This document shows positions 1 through 8,154 of a stretch of 32,000 nucleotides of DNA, piece by piece; within the stretch, counting starts at the first letter, position 1, and the number at the start of each line of letters is the position of its first letter. The notes below the pieces were generated by a model. The model was given only the letters and a program-made list of their open reading frames with translations, did not search any database and was not told the DNA's origin. Location of the stretch: NCBI RefSeq assembly GCF_000025925.1, contig NC_014033.1:1110001-1142000 (forward strand), in the 5' to 3' direction. The position numbers were made by a program, and so were the translations under genes. This stretch comes from Xylanibacter ruminicola 23 (GTDB lineage Bacteria; Bacteroidota; Bacteroidia; Bacteroidales; Bacteroidaceae).

Positions 1-468
1 CTTCAAATGCAGCTCACGCATACGATGAACGATATCCAGATTCTCTACATAGAGTGCCTGAACTTCCTCAGGAAGTGAGTCATGATCAGCGCGCTTACCC
101 GCTTTGAAGTCTGCGTATTCCGCTGATTTGTTGGGTGATACAGAATTATTATCTACTAATTCTGAAGCAACTACTGATGGAATAGCCAAATCTGGCTTAA
201 TTACAGATTTAGCGATTTCATCGACCTTTGCCTGCATGGCTTCCACCTCGTCATGGGTGAGCTTCTGCAGGCGGAAATTGAGGTATTTCTGCAGCTGACC
301 CTTGATGAATTCGGCTTTTCCCTTGGGATTAACCGAAATGTTATGGTACATGATACGGTTGCCCGAAAGCTGAAGCAGCATGAGGGCTCCGGCATCCCAA
401 TTCTTTTCACTGTCAGGTGTGTTCATCCAGGCCTGCAGGGTGTTCGTAAAAGTATTATCTTGTTTCAT
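1..468 (-). CDS. Hypothetical protein of the mobile element. It is partial: the C-terminal part runs off the left edge.
   Basis: An open frame runs from ATG (complement of 466-468) to base 1 with no stop (MKQDNTFTNTLQAWMNTPDSEKNWDAGALMLLQ...). The ORF track misses it because it is open-ended. It is co-oriented with and directly downstream of the structural operon. Confidence 0.6.
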   Translation of the reverse strand, partial: MKQDNTFTNTLQAWMNTPDSEKNWDAGALMLLQLSGNRIMYHNISVNPKGKAEFIKGQLQKYLNFRLQKLTHDEVEAMQAKVDEIAKSVIKPDLAIPSVVASELVDNNSVSPNKSAEYADFKAGKRADHDSLPEEVQALYVENLDIVHRMRELHLK

Positions 469-521
469 ACATTTAATATGTTTTGTACGGATTAATGTGA
501 ACTAAAATTCTATAATATACT

Positions 522-1163
522 TTAGAGTTTGTTGTTTATCCCGCTGAAAAACAGCAAGTTCTTGTTGTACGGCTCTAACGCTCGAAGCATTGCTTGAAGT
601 GTCTGACCTGTGGTAACAAAGTCATCAAAGCAGATAATATTCTGTTCATCTGGAACTTGTTGAACATTGAAGATGGCCCCTACTCGCTGTTTTGTCCTAC
701 AGGTACAAACATCCTCGTAAAACGGGATGTTCAAGAGGTGGGCAATCTGCTCGGAGATGCGAGTGGCAAAGTTCTTCACCAGGTGACGACGCTTCGGCGT
801 GGTAATGATGCACCAGGAGCCGCGTGAGAGGTCCGGACCGATGATATCAGAAATAAATGATTTCATCGTGCCGGCAAAGAACGGAACCATCGAATCATCG
901 GCTTTGATTTCGGTGAGAGTACGGCCATAGACGGACTTCTGCCAATACGAGAGGAAAAAGAGCCCGGAACGGCGTGTCAGGCGTGGGCGCGGTGTGAAGT
1001 CGCAACGCGCTTCCACCGTCTTATCCCATCCTTTGCGCTTCTGCTCTGCAAATATATCTTGCTCGCGCTTTGCCTGAATATCTTTTAGAGCAAGCTGCGC
1101 ACTCCCGATATCAGGGACTTCTATCTCTGATAGCAGTTCGCCCATATCTATTGGAGTGCGCAT
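522..1163 (-). CDS. Phosphoribosyltransferase-domain protein (ComF-like, type I PRTase fold)
   Basis: The C-terminal motif IICFDDFVTTGQTL matches the PRPP-binding loop of type I PRTases (acidic pair followed by T-T-G-x-T). The start is ATG. It lies 23 nt downstream of the preceding structural gene. Confidence 0.6.
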   Translation of the reverse strand: MRTPIDMGELLSEIEVPDIGSAQLALKDIQAKREQDIFAEQKRKGWDKTVEARCDFTPRPRLTRRSGLFFLSYWQKSVYGRTLTEIKADDSMVPFFAGTMKSFISDIIGPDLSRGSWCIITTPKRRHLVKNFATRISEQIAHLLNIPFYEDVCTCRTKQRVGAIFNVQQVPDEQNIICFDDFVTTGQTLQAMLRALEPYNKNLLFFSGINNKL

Positions 1164-1185
1164 CTTCTAGTGAAGTTTTAAAGGA

Positions 1186-2121
1186 TTAGTCGCCAATTGG
1201 CTCGCCGGCTTTAAGTATAGAGATTGTGAACCACAGCTCAATCGAATTTCCTGAAGCAGAGTCGCCTCTATAGACATCAATCGTATTTGGATAAGAGATA
1301 CTGCCGCTCCACAAAGCCTCTGAGCCTCCGTTAGATACTGGAATCTGGGCTTCTGACTCTTTGTTGTTATAAACGATAGACAAACCATTCATGTTTTTGC
1401 CGGTAATCTTGATTGATTTTATCGGGCCATAAGCGCTTTGATTGCCATGTTTACTTACGGTATATGGATAATTGTTTATATATACTGTGTTATCATACGA
1501 AGGCGTACCACCTGTGCTGGTATTGCCGCTAGACGAGCTACCAGTATTCTGATTCGGGTTGCCCTCAGGATTGATGGTACCCTCATCGGCTTCGATAGAG
1601 CCAGCATAGAAAGGCGCTGGGCACTCATCCGTAGCTTCCACATTAATAGTGGTGGAAGTACTGCCTGTAGCCCCCTGGCCAAGGTCCTGAGTGACAGTAG
1701 TCTTGGTAGGCCACTTGTCAGAGCCTACGACACGGAAGGCACCACGCATATCCTCGACAAGGAACACGTTGTCATTGTTATTGAGGTATGCTGCAGCTGC
1801 TGTAGCTTCGGCTTCGACACCAGGGTGAACGGCTACCAGCTTGTTCAACTGTGTCTGCGATGGGTACTCGCCCTGAGCCTCAGATGTCAGCTGTGACTTG
1901 TCGGAGATGATATCGATGAACTTCCACTTCACATCAGAGCGCAGAATGAAGTCGCCTGAGTAGGAAGCAGATGTCAGACGGCCGTTGGCATCATGCTGGA
2001 GCGTGGGCCACTTAACAATGTCATACTTAGAGATATAATAGATACGGCGTTTTACGCCTGGTAGCTCGGGGCGTCCTTGACACCAAGCTAGTGATTTTTG
2101 TATTGAAGAACAATTTGGCAT
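1186..2121 (-). CDS. Virion structural protein, paralog B. It may be tail-tube or decoration-like and has a divergent C-terminal domain.
   Basis: 311-aa ORF. The first ~190 aa are nearly identical to the neighbouring 316-aa ORF. A Gly/Ser/Thr-rich linker is followed by an unrelated ~100-aa C-terminal domain. It sits directly after the capsid gene. The function is inferred from context only. Confidence 0.55.
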   Translation of the reverse strand: MPNCSSIQKSLAWCQGRPELPGVKRRIYYISKYDIVKWPTLQHDANGRLTSASYSGDFILRSDVKWKFIDIISDKSQLTSEAQGEYPSQTQLNKLVAVHPGVEAEATAAAAYLNNNDNVFLVEDMRGAFRVVGSDKWPTKTTVTQDLGQGATGSTSTTINVEATDECPAPFYAGSIEADEGTINPEGNPNQNTGSSSSGNTSTGGTPSYDNTVYINNYPYTVSKHGNQSAYGPIKSIKITGKNMNGLSIVYNNKESEAQIPVSNGGSEALWSGSISYPNTIDVYRGDSASGNSIELWFTISILKAGEPIGD

Positions 2122-3111
2122 GATGTATTATTAGTAATGGTTATTGAAAATTAAAGCAGATTAGTCACCCCATGACTCATCTTCGTCATTGCTGCTTGAG
2201 CTTGTAACAAGTTCGATGGTAAACCAGACAACAACTTGTTTGTTATCTCCCTGGCCCTCAGTTCGACGAATAGTTATTGTTTTGGGAGCAGTAATATTTC
2301 CATTCCATGTGGCTACTGTGCCTGCTGGGTATTCAACGTCTATATCAGATTCTAATTCTCCTTGATATTCATAGGTAATAGAAGTCATGTTCTTACCAGT
2401 GAATTTCATCGAGCTCAGATTACCTGCGATAGTAAGCTTGCTTCCCTTGGTGATATTATATAACACGCCATTGAGATATACTCCTGAGTCATAAACAGGA
2501 ACGCTGCTACCGCCACCAGAAGAACTACCACCAGAAGACTGGCTAGAGTTACCATCCTCATTTATTGTGCCTTCGTCAACCACGATTCTTCCGGCATAGA
2601 ATGGAGCGGGACACTCATCGGTAGCTTCTACATTAATAGTGGTAGAAGTGGTACCAGTAACTCCCTGTCCGAGATCCTGAGTAACAGTAGTCTTGGTAGG
2701 CCATTTTTCTGAGCCAACGACACGGAAGGCACCACGCATATCCTCGACAAGGAACACATTGTCATTGTTATTGAGGTATGCTGCAGCTGCGGTGGCTTCG
2801 GCTTCAACACCAGGATGAACGGCTACCAGTTTGTTCAACTGTGTCTGTGAAGGATATTCGCCCTGGGCCTCAGATGTCAGCTGTGACTTATCAGAGATGA
2901 TATCGATTAACTTCCACTTCACATCTGCTCGCAGGGTAAAGTCGCCTGAATATGCAGCCGAAGCCAGACGACCGTTGGCATCATGCTGGAGCGTGGGCCA
3001 CTTTACGATGTCATACTTAGAGATATAATAGATACGGCGTTTAACGCCAGGTAGCTCGGGGCGTCCTTGACACCAAGCAAGCGATTTTTGTAGTGATGAG
3101 CAATCTGCCAT
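1551..3111. repeat. Tandem direct duplication of ~570 bp (about 1551-2121 and 2541-3111) covering the 5' halves of the two paralogous structural genes
   Basis: By eye, roughly nine in ten nucleotides are identical across the two segments. Similarity stops near the codons for DEGTIN. Confidence 0.8.
2161..3111 (-). CDS. Virion structural protein, paralog A, with the same N-terminal domain as 1186-2121 and a different C-terminal domain
   Basis: 316-aa ORF with an ATG start. I count about a dozen substitutions against paralog B in the first ~177 residues. It has a Ser/Gly linker (SSGGSSSGGGSS). Confidence 0.55.
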   Translation of the reverse strand: MADCSSLQKSLAWCQGRPELPGVKRRIYYISKYDIVKWPTLQHDANGRLASAAYSGDFTLRADVKWKLIDIISDKSQLTSEAQGEYPSQTQLNKLVAVHPGVEAEATAAAAYLNNNDNVFLVEDMRGAFRVVGSEKWPTKTTVTQDLGQGVTGTTSTTINVEATDECPAPFYAGRIVVDEGTINEDGNSSQSSGGSSSGGGSSVPVYDSGVYLNGVLYNITKGSKLTIAGNLSSMKFTGKNMTSITYEYQGELESDIDVEYPAGTVATWNGNITAPKTITIRRTEGQGDNKQVVVWFTIELVTSSSSNDEDESWGD

Positions 3112-3129
3112 ATAAAATAAGGATTAAGC

Positions 3130-3169
3130 GTTAAAAATGGGAGCCAGAGCCTTCACAAGTACTGGCTCC
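3130..3169 (-). terminator. Intrinsic terminator or attenuator hairpin just downstream of the capsid gene
   Basis: A 9-bp stem forms between GGGAGCCAG (3138-3146) and CTGGCTCCC (3161-3169). On the minus strand it is followed by AUUUUUAA (plus-strand A run 3132-3136). Confidence 0.55.
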
Positions 3170-3235
3170 CCAAAACTCAATATTATGAATACAGAAAATG
3201 AAAGAGTTCGAAACGAATTCAAGTAAAAGCGATGT

Positions 3236-4261
3236 TTAGTCGCCAATAGGGCCGCTTCCACCACCAGTGCCGGCATTGTTGTTGGTACTTGTTGGCTCAG
3301 TACCAGCAATCTCAATGACCTTCAGGCGGCGCTTGTCGATAGACTCGAACTGGCAGCCGAAGAACATGGTAGCAATATATGAGAGAATGAATGGCTCATA
3401 CTCCTTGACCATGACAGTCTCGGTGTCGCCCATCTGGTCGTAGCCCACGAGCATGTTGATCTTGGGTGAGACGTGAATGAACTTCGAGTCTGCCTTGTTC
3501 GCCAACGGACAGAGAATCAGTTTCCCGTTCGAGCCCTCGACGGCGGTCTGATTGTACTGGTTGTTGTAGTTGATACCAGCGTGGGACAAGAGGTAGCCCT
3601 CGTTGTACTTGTCAGCGAAGTCCTGCGAACAGTACATGTAACAGGTCTGAGCGCGGAGATGAGGATCCAGAGAGAAGAGAACGGCCTTGGCGATATCCAC
3701 GGCATTGGCGGTGGTGATTTCGTCGGTAAACTTCAAATAGTTGCCTTCTTCCTTAGAAATCTTTCCACTTGTGATTTCCTGGGCGGTGATGGTATCGAAG
3801 CCATCGAAGAGATCCAGAGTAGTATCACCAGAAGCATTGCGCTTACCTGCCCAGATGGCGTTGTTCAGATTCTCAGAAAGCGATTTGGCAATCAAGGCCA
3901 ATACATGCTTTGCGGTGGGTGCCTGCATCTGTCCGTCGCCCTTGGTGTCGCCGATGGCGCCAAGAAGGGTGCTGATGGCTGAGTTAGGCTCAAACTGGGC
4001 TACTACGGAACCGAAGAACGTCTCCAGTGTACGGAAATCCATGTCGAGATTGAAGTTAGAACGGCGTGCGGGCTTGTAGGGGGCGAACTGTGCGTTGCCA
4101 TTGAGAGCAGCCACGCTTTCCTTATAACGGATGCCTGGACGGCCTGTCATGAACTTCAGTGTGTCCTGAATGCCGATGATGGGCAACATGAGGAGGTCCT
4201 TGCGGTACTTACGTGCCGCGTCCTGGTACTCCTCGAGCGTAAAGTTAAGTTTTCCTGCCAT
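3236..4261 (-). CDS. Phage major capsid protein (HK97-fold type inferred)
   Basis: 341-aa ORF immediately downstream of the ClpP-like protease-scaffold gene, which is the canonical order. It is followed by a strong hairpin. The size and composition are typical of an MCP. There is no database confirmation. Confidence 0.65.
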   Translation of the reverse strand: MAGKLNFTLEEYQDAARKYRKDLLMLPIIGIQDTLKFMTGRPGIRYKESVAALNGNAQFAPYKPARRSNFNLDMDFRTLETFFGSVVAQFEPNSAISTLLGAIGDTKGDGQMQAPTAKHVLALIAKSLSENLNNAIWAGKRNASGDTTLDLFDGFDTITAQEITSGKISKEEGNYLKFTDEITTANAVDIAKAVLFSLDPHLRAQTCYMYCSQDFADKYNEGYLLSHAGINYNNQYNQTAVEGSNGKLILCPLANKADSKFIHVSPKINMLVGYDQMGDTETVMVKEYEPFILSYIATMFFGCQFESIDKRRLKVIEIAGTEPTSTNNNAGTGGGSGPIGD

Positions 4262-4300
4262 AGGATTCTTTTAGTGTTTAGTGATTGTTTGTGTTGATGT

Positions 4301-5398
4301 TTAAGGGAGCGAGTCGAAAAGCGACTGAGCATTAGCACGAGACTCAAAATACTGTTCGGCCTCCGATTTTTCGGCAGGCTGATCGGTATGCTTGTCATTA
4401 ACTACGTGGGCTGTAGTGTCACCGGGCTTCTGCTTCAAGGTGGCCACTTCTGCCTGCAGCTGTGTGTTAGCATCAGTCAGAGACTGCTTTTCACTCTTAA
4501 GAGTGGTAATCTGCGCGTTGAGGTCGCTGATGGTCTGCTTGTCTGCGCTAATAGCAGACTCGATGTCCTCCATCTGAGAGTCCGAAAGCGTGATTTTGCC
4601 TTCATTGCTCATCAGGTGCTCACAAGTCAGGATAGCACAGATAGATTTGAAGATCTTTTTCATTGGTGTTTGTGTTGAATTATTTGTGGATTGGATTTTC
4701 TGATTGCTGAATAACTGTCCCAATGCACCAAGGAACTTGGCGAATGCAGACTGCTCCTGGGCGGTGAGATGCATTGTGGGCATATTCGGGATGGGAATTC
4801 CTGCAGCAGACATTGCACAGGCCATTGTGTCGGTAAGGACTGGAGCTGATTCATCAGCGTAGTCCGTAAGTTCATCAACAAAGCCCCACTCCAGTGCCTC
4901 CTTTGCTGTGAGCCAACCGCCTTCTTTCATCAGTGCAAGAAGGGCCTCGGGCTCTTTCTTGCAACGTGTGGCATACATCTGGGCGATGTTAGCGTCCAGT
5001 TTGTCTAAGTCAGCCTTCTGGTGCTCGATATTGGCGATGAGCGCCTGCAGGCCGTCAGAGTTGAGCTGGCCCCACTCGAAGAAGCCTACGCTGCATTTAT
5101 GAACCAGGTACATGGCCGAAGAATCCATTGTGATGTGCTTGGCGCCGAGGCTGGCGATTGTTGCAGCCGAGGCGTTCATTCCAACGAAATGCACATTCAC
5201 ATTGCCATGGAGCTTGAAAGCCGAGAAAATACTCAAGGCGGTAGATGACTGACCACCGAGCGAGTCAATCAGAACGTTGACCTCTGTATCCTTATGCTTG
5301 GAGAGCACGTAGTCAACGTAATCAGCATCGAAGTCATATCCTCCGACGAAACCCTTCAGGTGAAGCTGATAAGTGTTAGTTTTTGTGTTGGATGCCAT
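4301..5398 (-). CDS. ClpP/S49-like prohead maturation protease fused to a C-terminal coiled-coil scaffolding domain
   Basis: The N-terminal region reads VNVLIDSLGGQSSTALSIFSAF...HFVGMNASAATIASLGAKHITMDSSAMYLVHK. This matches the ClpP-related head protease pattern InSpGG...G.aaSaa...lmiH. The C-terminal ~100 aa are heptad-like (DLNAQITTLKSEKQSLTDANTQLQAEVATLKQK). Confidence 0.75.
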   Translation of the reverse strand: MASNTKTNTYQLHLKGFVGGYDFDADYVDYVLSKHKDTEVNVLIDSLGGQSSTALSIFSAFKLHGNVNVHFVGMNASAATIASLGAKHITMDSSAMYLVHKCSVGFFEWGQLNSDGLQALIANIEHQKADLDKLDANIAQMYATRCKKEPEALLALMKEGGWLTAKEALEWGFVDELTDYADESAPVLTDTMACAMSAAGIPIPNMPTMHLTAQEQSAFAKFLGALGQLFSNQKIQSTNNSTQTPMKKIFKSICAILTCEHLMSNEGKITLSDSQMEDIESAISADKQTISDLNAQITTLKSEKQSLTDANTQLQAEVATLKQKPGDTTAHVVNDKHTDQPAEKSEAEQYFESRANAQSLFDSLP

Positions 5399-5417
5399 AA
5401 TTCAAATGATTATGGCG

Positions 5418-5425
5418 CAAAGATA
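5418..5425 (-). promoter_or_regulatory. Bacteroidota -7 promoter box (TATCTTTG on the minus strand) for the protease-MCP operon
   Basis: Plus-strand CAAAGATA at 5418-5425, about 20 nt upstream of the ATG at 5398. Confidence 0.5.
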
Positions 5426-5449
5426 ATTACCTTTTATATAGGGGGAAAA

Positions 5450-5479
5450 GACGGAAAAAGCGAAGATTTACTCTTCGCT
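5450..5479 (-). terminator. Intrinsic terminator downstream of the DKNYY gene
   Basis: The stem pairs AGCGAAG (5459-5465) with CTTCGCT (5473-5479). On the minus strand it is followed by a U run (plus-strand AAAAA 5454-5458). Confidence 0.5.
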
Positions 5480-5508
5480 TTCTCTATAGATTCTTTAGAA
5501 AAGGAACT

Positions 5509-6126
5509 CTATTCAAGACGTCTTCCTCTATAGTAATCATGAAATGCATCTTTGGCATAGCCGTCGCCAGTGTATTTAAACGAACCCGCAGAGGCCCCCT
5601 CTATCTTTTTACCATAATAGAACACATCAAAGGCGTCCTTGGCGTAACCTCCTTCCAACAACTTAAAACTACCGGCAGAAGCATCAATCTTTCTTCCATG
5701 ATAGAAAACATTAAATGCATCCTTGGCATAGCCCTCACCAATCTCCTTGAACGAACTAGGAGACGCGTCGATTTTCTTATCTCCGTAATAGACGTTGCGA
5801 TCTGATTTATAATAGTCATCGTACCTTCTGCCGTGGTCATAACTATCATAGTGGTCGCGGAAGTGTGATTTAGAGTGCGGTTTTAAACGGAAAGAAGATG
5901 GGTCGACATATTCCAAGACACGACCGTCGAGATATACATTGTCGCAGTCTTTTGCATAACCACAACCTAAATCCACGAACGTACGAGCATCGGCATATGG
6001 CATCGACTCTCTTTCGAAATATACTCTACCTCGGTCGATTCTATACGACTGTGCAAAGCTCGACATACTCCATCCAACTAATCCTATCACCATGAGTGAC
6101 TTAAGTGAAAATGCTATCTGTTTCAT
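5509..6126 (-). CDS. Secreted DKNYY-repeat protein
   Basis: The signal peptide is MKQIAFSLKSLMVIGLVGWSMSSFAQ. It has five repeats of the type GYAKDAFNVFYHGRKI, the DKNYY family signature. I chose the internal ATG at 6126 rather than the ORF-track start at 6180. It has its own promoter and terminator. Confidence 0.7.
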   Translation of the reverse strand: MKQIAFSLKSLMVIGLVGWSMSSFAQSYRIDRGRVYFERESMPYADARTFVDLGCGYAKDCDNVYLDGRVLEYVDPSSFRLKPHSKSHFRDHYDSYDHGRRYDDYYKSDRNVYYGDKKIDASPSSFKEIGEGYAKDAFNVFYHGRKIDASAGSFKLLEGGYAKDAFDVFYYGKKIEGASAGSFKYTGDGYAKDAFHDYYRGRRLE

Positions 6127-6242
6127 AACCTTTACAATTTTGAATCTTAAATTTCTGATGCAAAGGTATGACATTTCCATGAAAACACCATAAGAAAATC
6201 CCTATCTATCGATGGGGATATTCCTATTCCTCTTTGCGAAGC

Positions 6243-6662
6243 TTAAAGATTGTAGGGAATCAGAGCCTTGCGGGCGGTGAATGAAACCTCGTAGCGGTGA
6301 ACTGCGGCTTCAGCATCGGGCTTTGAGGTGTTCGAAGTAACCTTAATTGTCGGGTATAGCTTTTCGCGCGTACCTAATATATAGTGATTGCCAGCAGTAG
6401 TGGTAATCAGGAAAGCCAAGGGCATACTTGTGGGAAGCGTGTCCAAAGTGGTGAACGATAGCTTGGCCTTTTCAATTTGTGTGTTGTTATCTGGCGATTC
6501 CTCCAGTTCGCACGAGGGAATTGATTTCAGGGATATTTCTGTAGTGCTGGAGGATATGTTGACTGGAAAGCCTGTCAGGGCTTGATAAATCAAGTCCGCA
6601 GGTAAGCTATCACAAGGTACATAGCTAATGGCGGTGATGCCGGGAAGAGATATACAATTCAT
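6243..6662 (-). CDS. Hypothetical protein, possibly a virion structural protein
   Basis: The ORF starts at the internal ATG (MNCISLPGITAISYVP...). The N-terminal pattern C..LPGI....Y loosely echoes the N-terminus of the two paralogous structural proteins (C.GRPELPGVKRRIYYI). Confidence 0.4.
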   Translation of the reverse strand: MNCISLPGITAISYVPCDSLPADLIYQALTGFPVNISSSTTEISLKSIPSCELEESPDNNTQIEKAKLSFTTLDTLPTSMPLAFLITTTAGNHYILGTREKLYPTIKVTSNTSKPDAEAAVHRYEVSFTARKALIPYNL

Positions 6663-6707
6663 AATCAAACAAATCAAACAATACCATAATTAGGACAAAT
6701 ACAGGCT

Positions 6708-7193
6708 TCAAGTCGGAATATTTTTCTTCTTTTTTCTGTTTTGGGCTGTTTTGTAGCTGTTCCGCTTGCGCTGGTATATCTTCTTGATGGTGTCCGATGA
6801 CGTGCCGTCCTCCTTGATGCCACGCAGCTCCATGAACTGATATATGAGCCCGTTGAGCTCGCTGCCGCAGCGGTCGATGTCGTGTAGGTATTCCCAAAGA
6901 TCGACCTTGAAGTCGTTCTTTAGCATTTCCAACAGGCAGCTTTTGCCGTTTTTGGAAAGGTAGTTGTAAGTGCGCGGGTCGTGGCACTTATAATAGGGAA
7001 TACAGATTGCCAGTTCCCCTTCCTGCTGACGTGGCGGCATAACCCCGTCTGGAAGCTTTGATGTTGACTTCTTCAGGAAATCACTTTCAGCCGAACCACG
7101 CACGAGCGAGATTGGTTCACTTCCTCCATGTCGATGGATTAACCACTGTCGGAGATACGAAGGCATTTTCAGATAAATACAAATTTGGCTCAT
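6708..7193 (-). CDS. Hypothetical protein with a basic C-terminal tail, possibly a DNA-binding protein or regulator
   Basis: 161-aa ORF with an ATG start. A TATCTTTG promoter box lies upstream on the minus strand (plus-strand CAAAGATA near 7220). The C-terminus reads KKIYQRKRNSYKTAQNRKKKKN. Confidence 0.5.
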   Translation of the reverse strand: MSQICIYLKMPSYLRQWLIHRHGGSEPISLVRGSAESDFLKKSTSKLPDGVMPPRQQEGELAICIPYYKCHDPRTYNYLSKNGKSCLLEMLKNDFKVDLWEYLHDIDRCGSELNGLIYQFMELRGIKEDGTSSDTIKKIYQRKRNSYKTAQNRKKKKNIPT

Positions 7194-7327
7194 TGCAGTA
7201 ATACTTTTTATTCTGCTGCAAAGATACTAAAAATCAATTAGATAACAAAAAGACAAATCAAATATTTCAAACGAAATCGATAAAATTAAAAAAAGGATAA
7301 AACCTCGATGAAGTCGGAGAAATTTTG

Positions 7328-7335
7328 TAACTTTG
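7328..7335 (+). promoter_or_regulatory. Bacteroidota -7 box TAACTTTG for the DUF1294/zinc-ribbon operon
   Basis: Exact TAnnTTTG match 22 nt upstream of the ATG at 7357. Confidence 0.5.
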
Positions 7336-7356
7336 CCAGCGAAAAAGAAATTAGTA

Positions 7357-7614
7357 ATGACAGAGACGATAATATATATACTCATCGGCATCAATGTCCT
7401 AACCTTCTTTGTCTATGGTTGGGACAAGTGGAAAGCCAAGCATGGAAAATGGCGTATATCCGAAGCCACTCTTCTGATGCTGGCTCTTGTTGGCGGCACT
7501 ATAGGTGCACTCTTAGGTATGCAGGTCTGGCACCATAAAACGATGCACTTGAAATTCAAGTACGGGTTGCCATTGATATTGTTGGCTCAAATTGCTTTGA
7601 TTGCTTTATTATAA
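7357..7614 (+). CDS. DUF1294 family small membrane protein
   Basis: The sequence YGWDKWKAKHGKWRISEATLLMLALVGGTIGALLGMQVWHHKT is the DUF1294 signature. I prefer the ATG at 7357 to the TTG at 7333, because the TTG lies inside the promoter box. Confidence 0.75.
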   Translation: MTETIIYILIGINVLTFFVYGWDKWKAKHGKWRISEATLLMLALVGGTIGALLGMQVWHHKTMHLKFKYGLPLILLAQIALIALL

Positions 7615-7907
7615 TGGCTTGGAAACTCAAATATCGCTGTCGAGAATGTGGCTACGAAGCCGAGGTGTACGAAGGCAGAGGACTCTTCCGCCAGGAGATC
7701 CGTGCCGTGTTGTGTCCTGACTGCAAGACCATCCAGAACATTGTGGTGGGTGGGATTATAGCCGACGTGGCACCTTCCTATAGAAGCGAGGTCGGCAGGC
7801 TCTGTTTGCAGTGCGGCAGCGATAAAATCAGAGTGTGGGATGGGCATACCTGTTCCAAGTGCCAGGGTGAGATGGAACAGACTGGCGAGAAAGAGTTTTG
7901 GACTTGA
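7614..7907 (+). CDS. Double zinc-ribbon protein with four CxxC pairs
   Basis: The four pairs are CRECG, CPDCK, CLQCG and CSKCQ. The start overlaps the upstream stop (TAATG), which suggests translational coupling. Confidence 0.6.
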   Translation: MAWKLKYRCRECGYEAEVYEGRGLFRQEIRAVLCPDCKTIQNIVVGGIIADVAPSYRSEVGRLCLQCGSDKIRVWDGHTCSKCQGEMEQTGEKEFWT

Positions 7908-7930
7908 AGACTGACAGAATTTTTGGCCAA

Positions 7931-8011
7931 TGTTTAAGGGAGTTTAAAGAAATGTCAGTCATGTTTAATTGAGTTTAAGGGATTGTCAGTATCGTTTAAG
8001 CGAGTTTAAAA
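7931..8011. repeat. Three 31-bp-phased direct repeats, each GTTTAA-N4-GTTTAA. This is a putative protein-binding array.
   Basis: The three units are TGTTTAAGGGAGTTTAA (7931-7947), TGTTTAATTGAGTTTAA (7962-7978) and CGTTTAAGCGAGTTTAA (7993-8009). Units 2 and 3 are each preceded by TGTCAG. Confidence 0.7.
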
Positions 8012-8154
8012 TCCTTGCCATCTTGACAAGGTAACGAGCGCTTTCTCCTGTAGGCATGTACTTTGCTTTTCAGTAAGTGAAAGCTGAAGCAAATAAGCCG
8101 AAGCGATCAAGAACAATTAAGTTAAACTAAAAATATAATTAGGAGGTAAAAGTT

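Noticed and set aside
1186-3111. A diversity-generating retroelement (TR/VR) as an explanation for the paralog pair
   Set aside because: There is no reverse transcriptase in the window. The conserved part is the N-terminal half. The C-terminal halves are wholly unrelated, rather than differing at adenine-specific positions.
1438-3982. Antisense ORFs 1438-1896 (+), 2831-3028 (+), 3473-3982 (+) and 3741-4079 (+). ORFs 21002-21511 (-) and 22163-22483 (-) are the same kind of case elsewhere in the window.
   Set aside because: Each lies opposite a longer ORF that has recognisable motifs or context. None has a promoter box or a plausible start context.
6625-6987. A 120-aa minus-strand ORF bridging two genes
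   Set aside because: It overlaps both 6243-6662 and 6708-7193 out of frame. Its translation is Arg/His/Gln-rich, as is typical of an off-frame reading.
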